Shown here: piece by piece, positions 9,921-18,557 of the stretch | How the letters are laid out: the number at the start of each line of letters is the position of its first letter | Numbering within the stretch: the stretch's first letter is position 1 | Sequence record: OZ346222.1 | Direction: 5' to 3' (one strand) | From: a phage | Length of the DNA stretch: 64,000 bases | Notes under the pieces: generated by a model | Told to the model about the DNA's origin: nothing | The model's database searches: none | The model's input: only the letters and a program-made list of their open reading frames with translations | Position numbers and translations under genes: made by a program

Positions 9921-10289
9921 ATGGAACAAATGAACGATCAAGAGTCGGTTGCGATGAACGAGCAAGAACAACCTCAAGAATTTTTCTTAGGGTTAAGTAA
10001 AGATCAAGTGTCTCTTTTGCTAGTGCTTTCTTCTTTCATGGGAAGACTTCAGGAGCTCACACAACAACCGGAGGCTGAACAATTATTTCAGGCTCTGCGT
10101 GAAGAAGAAAAATATCGTCGTTTGGACTATGCCTTAGGTTGGGTAGCTCAACAACGAGATATGCTGATGGCCCTCTCTGGGACCACAAGTTTTGCAATGG
10201 GCCTGTTGGCTCAAGTTCAGGACAAATTAATTCAAGCAGGGTTTGCACACACGGCAAACACTAACGAAGAACAAGGAGACAAAGAATGA
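9921..10289 (+). CDS. hypothetical protein (122 aa)
   Basis: RBS GGAGA upstream; stop overlaps SSB-like gene start. Confidence 0.45.
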   Translation: MEQMNDQESVAMNEQEQPQEFFLGLSKDQVSLLLVLSSFMGRLQELTQQPEAEQLFQALREEEKYRRLDYALGWVAQQRDMLMALSGTTSFAMGLLAQVQDKLIQAGFAHTANTNEEQGDKE

Positions 10290-11500
10290 GCGTTATTCAA
10301 CAATTCGCTAACCCGATGAATCCGCGTGAAACTGTTTTACTGGCTCACGGCATGATTAAACGCGTCAGCATCAAGCCTATCAAAGGTGCTGATCCTACAA
10401 CAGGTATTAAAACCACTGTGTGGCAAGGTAAGAAAATTGAATCCAGCCACACCATCTCTTTACTGATTTCTGAACTGGATTCCTCTGATAACCTACTTCA
10501 AGGTGGTGAAGAAGTTTGGATCAGTATGGGCGATAAGCTGCTTAAACCGGGTCATCAAGACTCTGTCTCTGTTAAAATTGATGACAAGTGGGAAACCGTA
10601 ACGCCAGGATGGATCGTAAATATTCCTTTGAAGGCAAACGAGCATAACGGTAAGACCTATTACAAAGGCTCACTGGCTAAGATGGTTAAGCTGGGTGTAG
10701 GAGAGGCTCCAGCAGCGACTCAGCAGCAAAAACAGCAACAAGGTGTACAATCACAAGGCCAGAAGCAGAATGCCAATCAGGACGTTTTACGCATCTATGG
10801 CGATGTGACTCAGATTGTTGGCAACGTGGTTACTGTCAATGACCACAAGATTGGCGAAGGTGCTATGGTTGTCACCGATGAGCAGCTTAAAGATCTGGTG
10901 GTAGGTGGTCGTGTTGCAGCCATTGTTGACAAAGACACCGGAAACATTATCAGTGGTTTCAAAGCCTACCCCCCTAAGGCAGAGAACGGCACTCAAGGCT
11001 CCGGTGGCAAGCGTAAATCCTCTTACGACCCTATCGGTGTGGAAACGGGGCATAGCATCAATGCGTTGCAGATCATCCTGGATCGCGGGTTTAAGGTAGA
11101 CGACCCACTGGGCGTGGCTAAAACACTGCACGTAGTCACCATTGAGCTTAAGAAAGAGTATGCTCAGGCCACCAACCGAACTGAAGATGAAGTAGGTGCC
11201 AGTGTCGGTAATGCGGTGTTGAACGCTTGTCGCCGTATTGACAAGAAAACGAAAGTTGATGATTTTGCAGCGGCAATTACTGCAGAAGCAAAAGATGTCT
11301 TGACTAATCTGGCTGAGCCGTTGTACGATTGGATCAAGAACGGTGCTGGGTCAACTGACCATCAAGAACCTCAGGCTACCAAACAGGAAGCAGCTCCACA
11401 GCAAAACACTGTAGACGCTCCTCCTGTAAATGATGAGGAAGATGACCCAATGGATCAGAATCCAGCACAGTACTCCTTTGATGATGACATCCCTTTTTAA
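10286..11500 (+). CDS. single-stranded DNA-binding protein-like, with host-SSB-type C-terminal tail
   Basis: C-terminus FDDDIPF matches the E. coli SSB tip; Gln-rich internal linker; adjacent to replication genes; OB fold not verifiable by eye. Confidence 0.55.
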   Translation: MSVIQQFANPMNPRETVLLAHGMIKRVSIKPIKGADPTTGIKTTVWQGKKIESSHTISLLISELDSSDNLLQGGEEVWISMGDKLLKPGHQDSVSVKIDDKWETVTPGWIVNIPLKANEHNGKTYYKGSLAKMVKLGVGEAPAATQQQKQQQGVQSQGQKQNANQDVLRIYGDVTQIVGNVVTVNDHKIGEGAMVVTDEQLKDLVVGGRVAAIVDKDTGNIISGFKAYPPKAENGTQGSGGKRKSSYDPIGVETGHSINALQIILDRGFKVDDPLGVAKTLHVVTIELKKEYAQATNRTEDEVGASVGNAVLNACRRIDKKTKVDDFAAAITAEAKDVLTNLAEPLYDWIKNGAGSTDHQEPQATKQEAAPQQNTVDAPPVNDEEDDPMDQNPAQYSFDDDIPF

Positions 11501-11515
11501 CAATTAGTTAACATA

Positions 11516-11545
11516 GCCCTGCCCGAAAGGGTGGGGCATTTTTAT
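11516..11545 (+). terminator. rho-independent terminator
   Basis: Same GAAA-tetraloop hairpin as at 1118, followed by T-run. Confidence 0.6.
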
Positions 11546-11562
11546 ATAAGGAGATCTGAAAA

Positions 11563-11979
11563 ATGACATTAGAAGATATCATTGTTAAACCTGAGAACTA
11601 TGACCAATACAACCTGTCAACTCAATCTGTAGACCTTGGATGCGCCACGGTCAGTGCGTGGCCGGTTAACGGAAAAGAGCTAGATAAATGCTTAGAAGCT
11701 CACATGTCTATTAACAAGTTTCTGGATGAAAATACTCACTGGCTTGAGGGTGCAGGAGTATATGCTTCATGGTTGGAGAGTATGGGATTCGACTACCAAT
11801 CTGAAGAAGGGTGGTGGAGCTATTTAGCTATCTGTCCAGAGACGCTACAATGCTTCATGAAATACTCTGAAGATTTAGAGTACCGGGCGGTGGTTGATAG
11901 TGCTATTGCCCGTTATAGCCGTAAACCTTTTTCCCACGACATTAAAACTGTGGAAGAGTTTGTTGAAGTTTTCTGTTGA
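11563..11979 (+). CDS. hypothetical protein (138 aa)
   Basis: AAGGAGA RBS. Confidence 0.5.
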   Translation: MTLEDIIVKPENYDQYNLSTQSVDLGCATVSAWPVNGKELDKCLEAHMSINKFLDENTHWLEGAGVYASWLESMGFDYQSEEGWWSYLAICPETLQCFMKYSEDLEYRAVVDSAIARYSRKPFSHDIKTVEEFVEVFC

Positions 11980-12004
11980 CACAGGTTGAAAGGTGTGCAA
12001 TTAT
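11976..12004 (+). promoter_or_regulatory. possible sigma70-type promoter
   Basis: TTGACA overlapping stop codon; weak -10 (AATTAT). Confidence 0.3.
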
Positions 12005-12075
12005 AACTTCATATGACTGGAGGACGTGATGAACGAAGAAAACTGGGATGTATAACTAACAGGAGGCCACTGCCC

Positions 12076-12273
12076 ATGATTTATCGAATCCGTGTAAGAG
12101 AAGATGCACCAGGCTGTTACTTTGACTGGCGTGGGTGGTGGTTTCTCCACCCAATGGATGGACTCACAGATAGAATGCTGGATGCTGCCCTTTATACAGA
12201 TACCGACATAGAGTATAATCTCTATCTGAAGGACGGTATAGATAACGGCCTGTTTGAAGCAATTCCTGTGTAA
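12076..12273 (+). CDS. hypothetical protein (65 aa)
   Basis: ATG 9 nt after AGGAGG; ORF-track start at 12013 likely too far upstream. Confidence 0.45.
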   Translation: MIYRIRVREDAPGCYFDWRGWWFLHPMDGLTDRMLDAALYTDTDIEYNLYLKDGIDNGLFEAIPV

Positions 12274-12341
12274 GAGACTGTGATAGCTATGTTTTATGAT
12301 CTTCCTGTAGCGCCACCACCTGTTGAACCCGGAGAACTAAG

Positions 12342-12767
12342 ATGATCTATGAAATGCCAAAACTGATTCGTGACGATGCCCAAAACGCTCACACCATTAT
12401 TATGGGCAAACGCATGGATATTATTTGTCATAAAGATTTCTGGGAAGGAAGTTACTTCACAGAGTATTTTGGTAAACTGGATAATGGTCTGCTGATCCAG
12501 TTCTACACCGATGCGGAAAACAACATTCCCTGGGAGTTCGAAACTGAAGATATTCATAAACTTTTCACCTTCCTCGATATTAAGGTTAAGGCCAAGTTTG
12601 AAGAGGGTGAGTGCGACGATTGTGGATTTTATGAGGTAACAGATTTCTATCTTCCAAGTGGTAAGAACCTTTACTATGAAAGCCACTTCGGTAACTCAAA
12701 TATGCCACAGTGCTGGACTGAGTTTTTTGAAATTGTGGAAGAGGAGCTGGCATATCGTGATTATTGA
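12342..12767 (+). CDS. hypothetical protein (141 aa)
   Basis: RBS GGAGAA; immediately upstream of macrodomain gene. Confidence 0.5.
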   Translation: MIYEMPKLIRDDAQNAHTIIMGKRMDIICHKDFWEGSYFTEYFGKLDNGLLIQFYTDAENNIPWEFETEDIHKLFTFLDIKVKAKFEEGECDDCGFYEVTDFYLPSGKNLYYESHFGNSNMPQCWTEFFEIVEEELAYRDY

Positions 12768-13215
12768 TACTGTAGAGGGAGATTTAATCTCCCTTTTTAA
12801 GAGCGGTGCTGGTCACCTGATCCACGGTTGTAACTGCTTCCACACAATGGGTAAGGGTGTAGCAAAACAGATTGCCCGTGAGTTCCCTCAAGCATTGGAA
12901 GCTGATAAAATGACTATGCACGGTTGCCTAAGTAAACTGGGCGCGTTCTCCCGCTGGGAGCACTTATCTCCGAGAGGTATTGTCTACGGAATAAATCTGT
13001 ATACTCAGTTCTACCCAGGGCCTAATGCTGAATATTTCTCAATACTGAAAGGCTTTGAGCGAGTCAATGAAGTATTTGAGGGGTCGATTTTACCATTCTA
13101 CATCCCTAAGATCGGGTGCGGCATAGGTGGTTTGAAGTGGGAACATGTAGAGGACATTATTAACCTTGCCACTTTTGATATAGATATTATCGTGGTGGAG
13201 TACAAAGAGTGTTGA
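12757..13215 (+). CDS. macrodomain protein, TARG1-like (putative ADP-ribose hydrolase)
   Basis: GDL, HGCNCFHTMGKGVAKQI and IGCGIGGLKWE segments resemble TARG1/C6orf130-type macrodomains; proposed GTG start after GAGGAG. Confidence 0.55.
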   Translation: MIIDTVEGDLISLFKSGAGHLIHGCNCFHTMGKGVAKQIAREFPQALEADKMTMHGCLSKLGAFSRWEHLSPRGIVYGINLYTQFYPGPNAEYFSILKGFERVNEVFEGSILPFYIPKIGCGIGGLKWEHVEDIINLATFDIDIIVVEYKEC

Positions 13216-13240
13216 CAGCTATATTTTAAGATGGTATAGT
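13212..13240 (+). promoter_or_regulatory. sigma70-type promoter
   Basis: TTGACA, 17-bp spacer, TATAGT. Confidence 0.5.
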
Positions 13241-13269
13241 CGCCACAACGATTAAGACAGAGGAGCACT

Positions 13270-13464
13270 ATGGAGACTAAAATCTTAATTCTAGCTGTGA
13301 TAGATACAACAGAAGGAGCCATGTTTGAATCTGCAGGAGGGTATTTCTACCTGCCCTATGGAAAAAGAACTTCCGAGCCGAGTAAAGATTCAATCCTTAA
13401 AGTGTTCCCGTGTGCTTTCTGGCTGGAGATCTTGGTAGAAGATTGCAGAGGACTAGGGAGATAA
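13270..13464 (+). CDS. hypothetical protein (64 aa)
   Basis: RBS AGAGGAG. Confidence 0.45.
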   Translation: METKILILAVIDTTEGAMFESAGGYFYLPYGKRTSEPSKDSILKVFPCAFWLEILVEDCRGLGR

Positions 13465-13466
13465 TT

Positions 13467-13661
13467 ATGAGAAACAAGAAAGAGCTTTACTCTGGTGAGT
13501 GGATAAACGATCAACAGGTAGGAGAGGTAACCTGCTTCCGGTGCTTTACTAGGTACAATCTTAAAACTGCACCAAAAAGTGTTCCAAAGACTGACGGTTA
13601 TTACATAAAAGAACCTCATTGCCCAAAATGCAAATGCCGATTATACTGGAGTAACCTGTAA
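13467..13661 (+). CDS. zinc-ribbon protein (64 aa)
   Basis: CFRC ... CPKCKC cysteine pairs; ATG after GGGAGATAA. Confidence 0.45.
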   Translation: MRNKKELYSGEWINDQQVGEVTCFRCFTRYNLKTAPKSVPKTDGYYIKEPHCPKCKCRLYWSNL

Positions 13662-13665
13662 AAGA

Positions 13666-13693
13666 TTGACATCTGAAAACTGCGGTGTATAAT
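13666..13693 (+). promoter_or_regulatory. sigma70-type promoter
   Basis: TTGACA, 16-bp spacer, TATAAT. Confidence 0.55.
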
Positions 13694-13724
13694 ATAAACA
13701 TAAACTAGCAGAGAGTGATATATT

Positions 13725-13916
13725 ATGGTAATTTTTAATCGAGACGGTATCATAGTTAGACAGCACCCATTCCTTGAATACTATCAAATTGAGCAATGGT
13801 GCTACGGGGATTGCAGTCACTCCTATGGGCAAAGTTGGGGATATCGCACAGTTTTTGAATCAACAGATCTTGATAAGGTAAGACAGAAAGTTTTAGAACT
13901 TATTAACAACAAGTGA
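13725..13916 (+). CDS. hypothetical protein (63 aa)
   Basis: Downstream of promoter. Confidence 0.4.
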   Translation: MVIFNRDGIIVRQHPFLEYYQIEQWCYGDCSHSYGQSWGYRTVFESTDLDKVRQKVLELINNK

Positions 13917-13923
13917 GTATGAT

Positions 13924-14259
13924 ATGGTAACATTAGAAAGACGTAAAGCTATCGCCGCCACACTGGCAGACATCTTTTGGGAGTGCAATTTAAAAGATAC
14001 CCGATATTGTGGCGCATCTGTAGATGCATTATTCCCACGGCCCACTATTGTTGCAATGGGAAACCTGTCAAACGTGGTGTATGGAGCATGGGACAAAGAA
14101 GGTGGATTTTATATCTGGCAACCTGACTACGGGACCTGGAAAGAGGTAAGGGGTGCGGATGACTTTGGGCCTGCAGTTGCCAAAACGATGGATGGCTGGA
14201 AAATCTATGTCGGTAACGACATGAAGCTGAAAGGCGAGATTGTTTACTGGTTACCTTAA
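13924..14259 (+). CDS. hypothetical protein (111 aa)
   Basis: In gene array. Confidence 0.45.
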   Translation: MVTLERRKAIAATLADIFWECNLKDTRYCGASVDALFPRPTIVAMGNLSNVVYGAWDKEGGFYIWQPDYGTWKEVRGADDFGPAVAKTMDGWKIYVGNDMKLKGEIVYWLP

Positions 14260-14280
14260 TAAAACGCAGGAGATAAAGTT

Positions 14281-14526
14281 ATGAACAAAGGGTGGACATT
14301 TGTAGACGGCGTTAAAAACATGCCTCTAGGAAAGTATATTGTAGCCATGGCAGATGAGAATGGCAAGGTGGATTTCGGAGTTTGCGAGGTTGTTCTTGCA
14401 GGATCTGGTGACTATGCTCACAAAACTGGGATAATTAACGGTCATTTCTACTTTGATTACAACCCTGTTGTGGCGTATATGGCTATGCCAGAGTTCGAGC
14501 TCCCAAAGGAGGGTGCGGATGTTTAA
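14281..14526 (+). CDS. hypothetical protein (81 aa)
   Basis: RBS GCAGGAGA. Confidence 0.45.
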   Translation: MNKGWTFVDGVKNMPLGKYIVAMADENGKVDFGVCEVVLAGSGDYAHKTGIINGHFYFDYNPVVAYMAMPEFELPKEGADV

Positions 14527-14716
14527 GCTTAAATCTGCATGGAACATCGCTGTGGGGGACGAGATCCGCATCCCAGGTGGAAAGACCATTATGAAGATAT
14601 CTCGTATCGAGTACGAAGGTGATCGTGTATTTCATATCTTTGCAGAAGATGGTCGAGAAATTTATATACAGGCAGGCTCTCACATCTATATTCGTAAGAA
14701 AGGGGACGACAAATGA
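14519..14716 (+). CDS. hypothetical protein (65 aa)
   Basis: ATG after GGAGGGTG; overlaps upstream stop. Confidence 0.4.
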   Translation: MFKLKSAWNIAVGDEIRIPGGKTIMKISRIEYEGDRVFHIFAEDGREIYIQAGSHIYIRKKGDDK

Positions 14717-15042
14717 CAGAGATCATCATTTCAACTGCAGGGTATGTGTTCCTGACAATCATTGCACTGACCATTCTGGTGGTGGTATATGGAATTGTTA
14801 TTCTCCCTATTCTTGAGACAATTAGTTTGTGTCGGTGTTGGAGAAAGGCTTACGGTCCACAGCCGTGGAAGGACTGGCCCCACCTGGTGCACATAGCGTT
14901 CTCTTATGCTTATGATCACGCCAGCAGTGCATGCATAACCGGGTATCACGCCCACAACTGGAGCTGGGAAGGGTTGAGGAAATGGAATGTTACAAAGACC
15001 ATACCTCTGCGCATGTACAAACCTAAAAACAAAGACAGCTGA
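14713..15042 (+). CDS. membrane protein (109 aa)
   Basis: N-terminal hydrophobic segments; ATGA overlap. Confidence 0.45.
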   Translation: MTEIIISTAGYVFLTIIALTILVVVYGIVILPILETISLCRCWRKAYGPQPWKDWPHLVHIAFSYAYDHASSACITGYHAHNWSWEGLRKWNVTKTIPLRMYKPKNKDS

Positions 15043-15071
15043 TACTTGAAAATCCCTGGCATATCAAGTGT

Positions 15072-15110
15072 AAGGAGGATTTCTAAAATGGATTTCCTCC
15101 TTTTGATATT
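15072..15110 (+). terminator. rho-independent terminator
   Basis: AAGGAGGA ... TCCTCCTT hairpin followed by T-rich run. Confidence 0.5.
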
Positions 15111-15355
15111 TCACCGGGCCAGATATTTTAAAATTCTTAGAAAATCAGAAAATGGATCGAAAACTAAAATGGATTTTTCAAGACAGGCACGATAAGATGT
15201 GCTGCTCATTCTATCGTTCGCACCGTACTTTAAGTCACTATTCCAGATTTTTCCGCACATACTCTCACCCTTCTACCAGAACTTTCCCAGCTTACCTCTG
15301 ACCTTTTATAACAATAAGTCCATTATTATCAGAAAGTTTCGGCACATCTCTTTCG

Positions 15356-15550
15356 GTACTCGATCTGTTTTTCATTTCAAAGACCTGATTTTCTGAAAAT
15401 TTTTCTCGATAAATTTCTTAGTACTCGATCTGTTTTTCATTTCAAAGACCTGATTTTCTGAAAATTTTTCTCGATAAATTTCTTAGTACTCGATCTGTTT
15501 TTCGTTTTCTGAATCGGATTTTCTGGAAATCGTTCCAGCTCTCGACCTGA
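15356..15550 (+). repeat. tandem direct repeat, about 65-bp unit, 2 perfect copies plus 1 degenerate
   Basis: GTACTCGATCTGTTTTTCATTTCAAAGACCTGATTTTCTGAAAATTTTTCTCGATAAATTTCTTA repeated head-to-tail; within a 1.1-kb ORF-poor island. Confidence 0.8.
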
Positions 15551-15744
15551 AATTTTTGGGGACGAAATCGATTTTTCGTTTTCAGAAATGGATTTTTAAA
15601 ATTTCTATATGGGAATATTTTATGGGATACTGTTTTATAGGAAATTGTTACGGAGGGTAATTAGCATGCTAATTAAATTTATTAAATGCGAGGAGTTCTC
15701 ATTTAGAATTTTGAATGATAATCATTCTCGTTTGCAGAATAACG

Positions 15745-15915
15745 GGCAGGCCCGGTGATTGTCTCCCGGCCCCTACTGCCCCGGCTTGTTATTATAGTAT
15801 CACACAGGACAAAGAAAGCAAGGATTTTTTGCATAAATTTTTAAATGATAATGATAACCGTTCTCATTTTATGCAGCGCCCATCCCCGGTGGTTGTCTCC
15901 CCCGTCACCGGTGCC
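15745..15915 (+). repeat. GC-rich dispersed repeat pair (GGCAGGCCnGGTGATTGTCTCCC-like)
   Basis: Two related copies about 150 bp apart, each preceded by GATAAT ... TGCAG; inverted copy at 25520-25545. Confidence 0.5.
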
Positions 15916-16123
15916 TGCCGTCCTTTCGATAGGTATATCGTGCCACCTGGCGGGGCCGCTGTCAACACTTTTCAAAAAATTTTTCTAACCTGATGCGCTA
16001 ACCGCTGCAACCTGGCGGGGTCAGCCTGGCAGGACCTAACTGACCGGGTAGGAGAGAATGAAGGCTTGTAAACCTGGTGGGCCTATGCTACAGGATAGGT
16101 AACAATTGAAGAGGAGGTACAAA

Positions 16124-16297
16124 AATGAAAGGTAATATGATCCCCCTAGAAAATGTAGCTATTAATGACGCTGAGGCTATCGCCCTGGTTGAAAAGGCTA
16201 TGGCGGGAGCGTTGGAACATAAAGAAGAGTACGAAAAATGGTGGTTAACCTGGCGGGGGCGGCAGGTGGATTCTATCATAAAAATAATTTAAAATAG
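16124..16297 (+). CDS. hypothetical small protein (about 57 aa)
   Basis: ATG 5 nt after GAGGAGGT; below ORF-track threshold; hand translated. Confidence 0.35.
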
Positions 16298-16300
16298 TCG

Positions 16301-16328
16301 TTGACAACAAGGTTAATCATGGTATTAT
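16301..16328 (+). promoter_or_regulatory. sigma70-type promoter
   Basis: TTGACA, 16-bp spacer, TATTAT. Confidence 0.5.
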
Positions 16329-16378
16329 TACCCTACAAGGTGAACAACACCGCACTAACCAGTAAAGAGGATAAATTT

Positions 16379-16576
16379 ATGAACGCATACGGGATCAAAG
16401 TACGTCGCAACACTCGCCAGGTGGTCACCAATCAAGTGATTTGCCGGGTGGATGTAACCATCAACAACGGGCAAGGCCTTTATAAATTTCGTCGCGGTCA
16501 TAGCTATACCCTGCAACAGCTTAATCGTTGCGCCCTGACAAAAGGTCAGATCAACCATTGGTTTAATAAAAAATAA
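16379..16576 (+). CDS. hypothetical protein (65 aa)
   Basis: ATG after GAGGATAAA; ORF-track start at 16301 coincides with the -35. Confidence 0.45.
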   Translation: MNAYGIKVRRNTRQVVTNQVICRVDVTINNGQGLYKFRRGHSYTLQQLNRCALTKGQINHWFNKK

Positions 16577-16579
16577 GTA

Positions 16580-16608
16580 TTGACATACAGTCCGACACCA
16601 AATACACT
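16580..16608 (+). promoter_or_regulatory. sigma70-type promoter
   Basis: TTGACA, 17-bp spacer, TACACT. Confidence 0.5.
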
Positions 16609-16640
16609 AAAAGCACAAAAGACACTAAGAGGATAAAATC

Positions 16641-17039
16641 ATGAAAACCACTACCTTTAATTTTGATAATGCAGACTTTTCTTTTTCTGATGTCAAGAAC
16701 TGCCGCCGTGATCGTGGATTTTACAAGGCTTATAATCTGGTGGGCCTGGACGATGACAATAATTTGCACGAAGTAGCTGAGATCCGGTATTATGCCGCCG
16801 CCAGCGGTAACACTAACTACTGCGTTTTTTGGATACACGACAACAAGAACAATAAGTACGGTTATACTGGTGGCAAGGCGAGCGGTCACGGTTACGATAA
16901 AGCTAATGCAGCACTTGAGAGCGCATTAAATGCTATGGGGATCACTGCCAACGGCTGGATCTATGAAGAAGAGTTTTTGTCGGCACTTGCTGACCACCTG
17001 GGCTATAAAAAGCACATTGTAACATGCGCCCACGAATAA
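16641..17039 (+). CDS. hypothetical protein (132 aa)
   Basis: RBS AAGAGGATAAAATC-ATG. Confidence 0.5.
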   Translation: MKTTTFNFDNADFSFSDVKNCRRDRGFYKAYNLVGLDDDNNLHEVAEIRYYAAASGNTNYCVFWIHDNKNNKYGYTGGKASGHGYDKANAALESALNAMGITANGWIYEEEFLSALADHLGYKKHIVTCAHE

Positions 17040-17045
17040 AAATTG

Positions 17046-17073
17046 TTGACACGCTGCAAAATTCAAGTAAACT
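17046..17073 (+). promoter_or_regulatory. sigma70-type promoter
   Basis: TTGACA, 16-bp spacer, TAAACT; followed by 5' leader hairpin. Confidence 0.5.
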
Positions 17074-17121
17074 AGTCACAAAAGGCGGGAATGTTTCCCG
17101 CCAACACAAAGGAAAAAGATC

Positions 17122-17526
17122 ATGAATAAGAACGTACGCCGCATCATGAACGAACTGGCAAACGATGAAAAAATTATTGACATGCATTTGATCAACATTT
17201 GCCGCCGTTGTGTAACATACAACAACCGCGCCGCAAAAGCGCGTGAGATGAACGCAAAAGGCACCTTAAAGCCATTCCAGGTGGTGGTAAAGGCCATTAA
17301 AGATGTAACTAATACGGCAAACCAGGTACAGGGGAACACCAACGAGAGTACCAATATTGATCCGGCTTACATCATGAAACGGATCCGGACCTGCAAGAAC
17401 AAAGAGCAAGTGTATAATGTCATAGACTGGTTGGATTCTATGGGCGATGTGGTGTACAATAGATTCTCGGCAGCTATTGAGATCCAGCTTGACAGGTTAG
17501 ACGGTAAAGTACTTAAAACTTACTAA
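17122..17526 (+). CDS. hypothetical protein (134 aa)
   Basis: Conserved leader/RBS ACAAAGGAAAAAGATC-ATG. Confidence 0.5.
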   Translation: MNKNVRRIMNELANDEKIIDMHLINICRRCVTYNNRAAKAREMNAKGTLKPFQVVVKAIKDVTNTANQVQGNTNESTNIDPAYIMKRIRTCKNKEQVYNVIDWLDSMGDVVYNRFSAAIEIQLDRLDGKVLKTY

Positions 17527-17533
17527 ATTTATT

Positions 17534-17572
17534 TTTAGATGGCCTTGACTCCAGGGCCATCAATAAAGTAAA
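17534..17572 (+). repeat. promoter-like stem-loop repeat element, copy 1
   Basis: GATGGCC-TTGACTCCAG-GGCCATC hairpin with TTGACT in loop and TAAA(G/T)T about 17 bp downstream; T-run precedes hairpin. Confidence 0.6.
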
Positions 17573-17606
17573 TTAATCTCAGCTAAGCGAAAAAGGGGGC
17601 TTTAAG

Positions 17607-17726
17607 ATGAGCACTACACGCCAATACACAAAGGTAACTATTATCGCCTGCGTTGTCGGTTACATCCTGGCGCAAATGTTAATGAGTAGCGCTAACAGTT
17701 TTGCAAAATTTTTCTTAAATTTTTAA
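17607..17726 (+). CDS. small membrane peptide (39 aa)
   Basis: ATG after AAAAGGGGG; hydrophobic core; below ORF-track threshold. Confidence 0.35.
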   Translation: MSTTRQYTKVTIIACVVGYILAQMLMSSANSFAKFFLNF

Positions 17727-17754
17727 TTGACAAGCTAACTTAGATTGATATACT
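17727..17754 (+). promoter_or_regulatory. sigma70-type promoter
   Basis: TTGACA, 16-bp spacer, TATACT. Confidence 0.5.
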
Positions 17755-17805
17755 TAAACACGTAAACGGGAAAACTTCCCAGAACACACAAAAGGAGAAA
17801 ACACC

Positions 17806-18147
17806 ATGACTACTATGGCCGCCGCAGAAAAAGCTATTCAGATCGCCGCACTGAAAAAACAGATCGCAGACCTTGAGAACAAGATCGATAACTTTGAAAT
17901 CGACGAGGACAAGTACGACGAAAACTATGATGAATGGTTAGACGAGATCTACGGCGAAATTATGATCGGAAACATTTCTTTTCTTCCGTCGCGTATCCTC
18001 AAGGAGCTAGATCCTATCGCTTACCGCTGCGGATTTAGCGACTACATCGACAGCCTGGATATTGAGGACGATGAAGAATACCAGGAATTACAGACAGAGT
18101 TAGAAGAAGCAAAAGAAGAGCTTGCAGAACTGGAAGAAAACGAGTAA
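17806..18147 (+). CDS. hypothetical acidic coiled-coil protein (113 aa)
   Basis: Conserved leader/RBS; Glu/Leu-rich C-terminus. Confidence 0.5.
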   Translation: MTTMAAAEKAIQIAALKKQIADLENKIDNFEIDEDKYDENYDEWLDEIYGEIMIGNISFLPSRILKELDPIAYRCGFSDYIDSLDIEDDEEYQELQTELEEAKEELAELEENE

Positions 18148-18154
18148 GATTATT

Positions 18155-18193
18155 TTTAGATGGCCTTGACTCCAGGGCCATCAATAAAGTAAA
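18155..18193 (+). repeat. promoter-like stem-loop repeat element, copy 2
   Basis: Near-identical to 17534-17572. Confidence 0.6.
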
Positions 18194-18236
18194 CTTTATA
18201 CTGTTAACACTGAACTAATGCATAGGAGTTAAAACC

Positions 18237-18482
18237 ATGGCAGCACTAATCACCAAATATTATGCCCCTACCAACACCAAAAGCGCCCGTATCATGGTAA
18301 AAGGCTTCGGACGTAAAAAGGTGTACACCTGGGATTATGCCTTAGACACGGAAGACAACTACACCAACGCGATGACCGATTTTATTAATGATCTGAACAC
18401 GCGGATCTTGACAAATTATAAAATTACCGATATTGCCTATATAGGGGAAGGCGGGATCTGTTTTGTCGGTATCGTCAAATAA
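18237..18482 (+). CDS. hypothetical protein (81 aa)
   Basis: RBS TAGGAG. Confidence 0.45.
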   Translation: MAALITKYYAPTNTKSARIMVKGFGRKKVYTWDYALDTEDNYTNAMTDFINDLNTRILTNYKITDIAYIGEGGICFVGIVK

Positions 18483-18485
18483 GCT

Positions 18486-18530
18486 GTTTTTTCGGTGGTC
18501 CTGGTAGCAGGGCCATCTATAAAGATAGTT
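18486..18530 (+). repeat. promoter-like stem-loop repeat element, divergent copy 3
   Basis: GGTCCTG ... CAGGGCC hairpin with G.U, followed by ATCTATAAAG. Confidence 0.4.
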
Positions 18531-18557
18531 TATCAATACAATGAAAGGAGAAAGTAC

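Noticed and set aside
15356-15550. Tandem repeats as a possible CRISPR array
   Set aside because: Units are about 65 bp, contiguous with no spacers, AT-rich, and no cas genes are present.
15715-15993. ORF of 92 aa (MIIILVCRITGRPGDCLP...)
   Set aside because: Generated by the GC-rich repeated DNA motifs; Pro/Gly/Cys-rich composition; no RBS; the same peptide fragment arises on the antisense strand at 25520.
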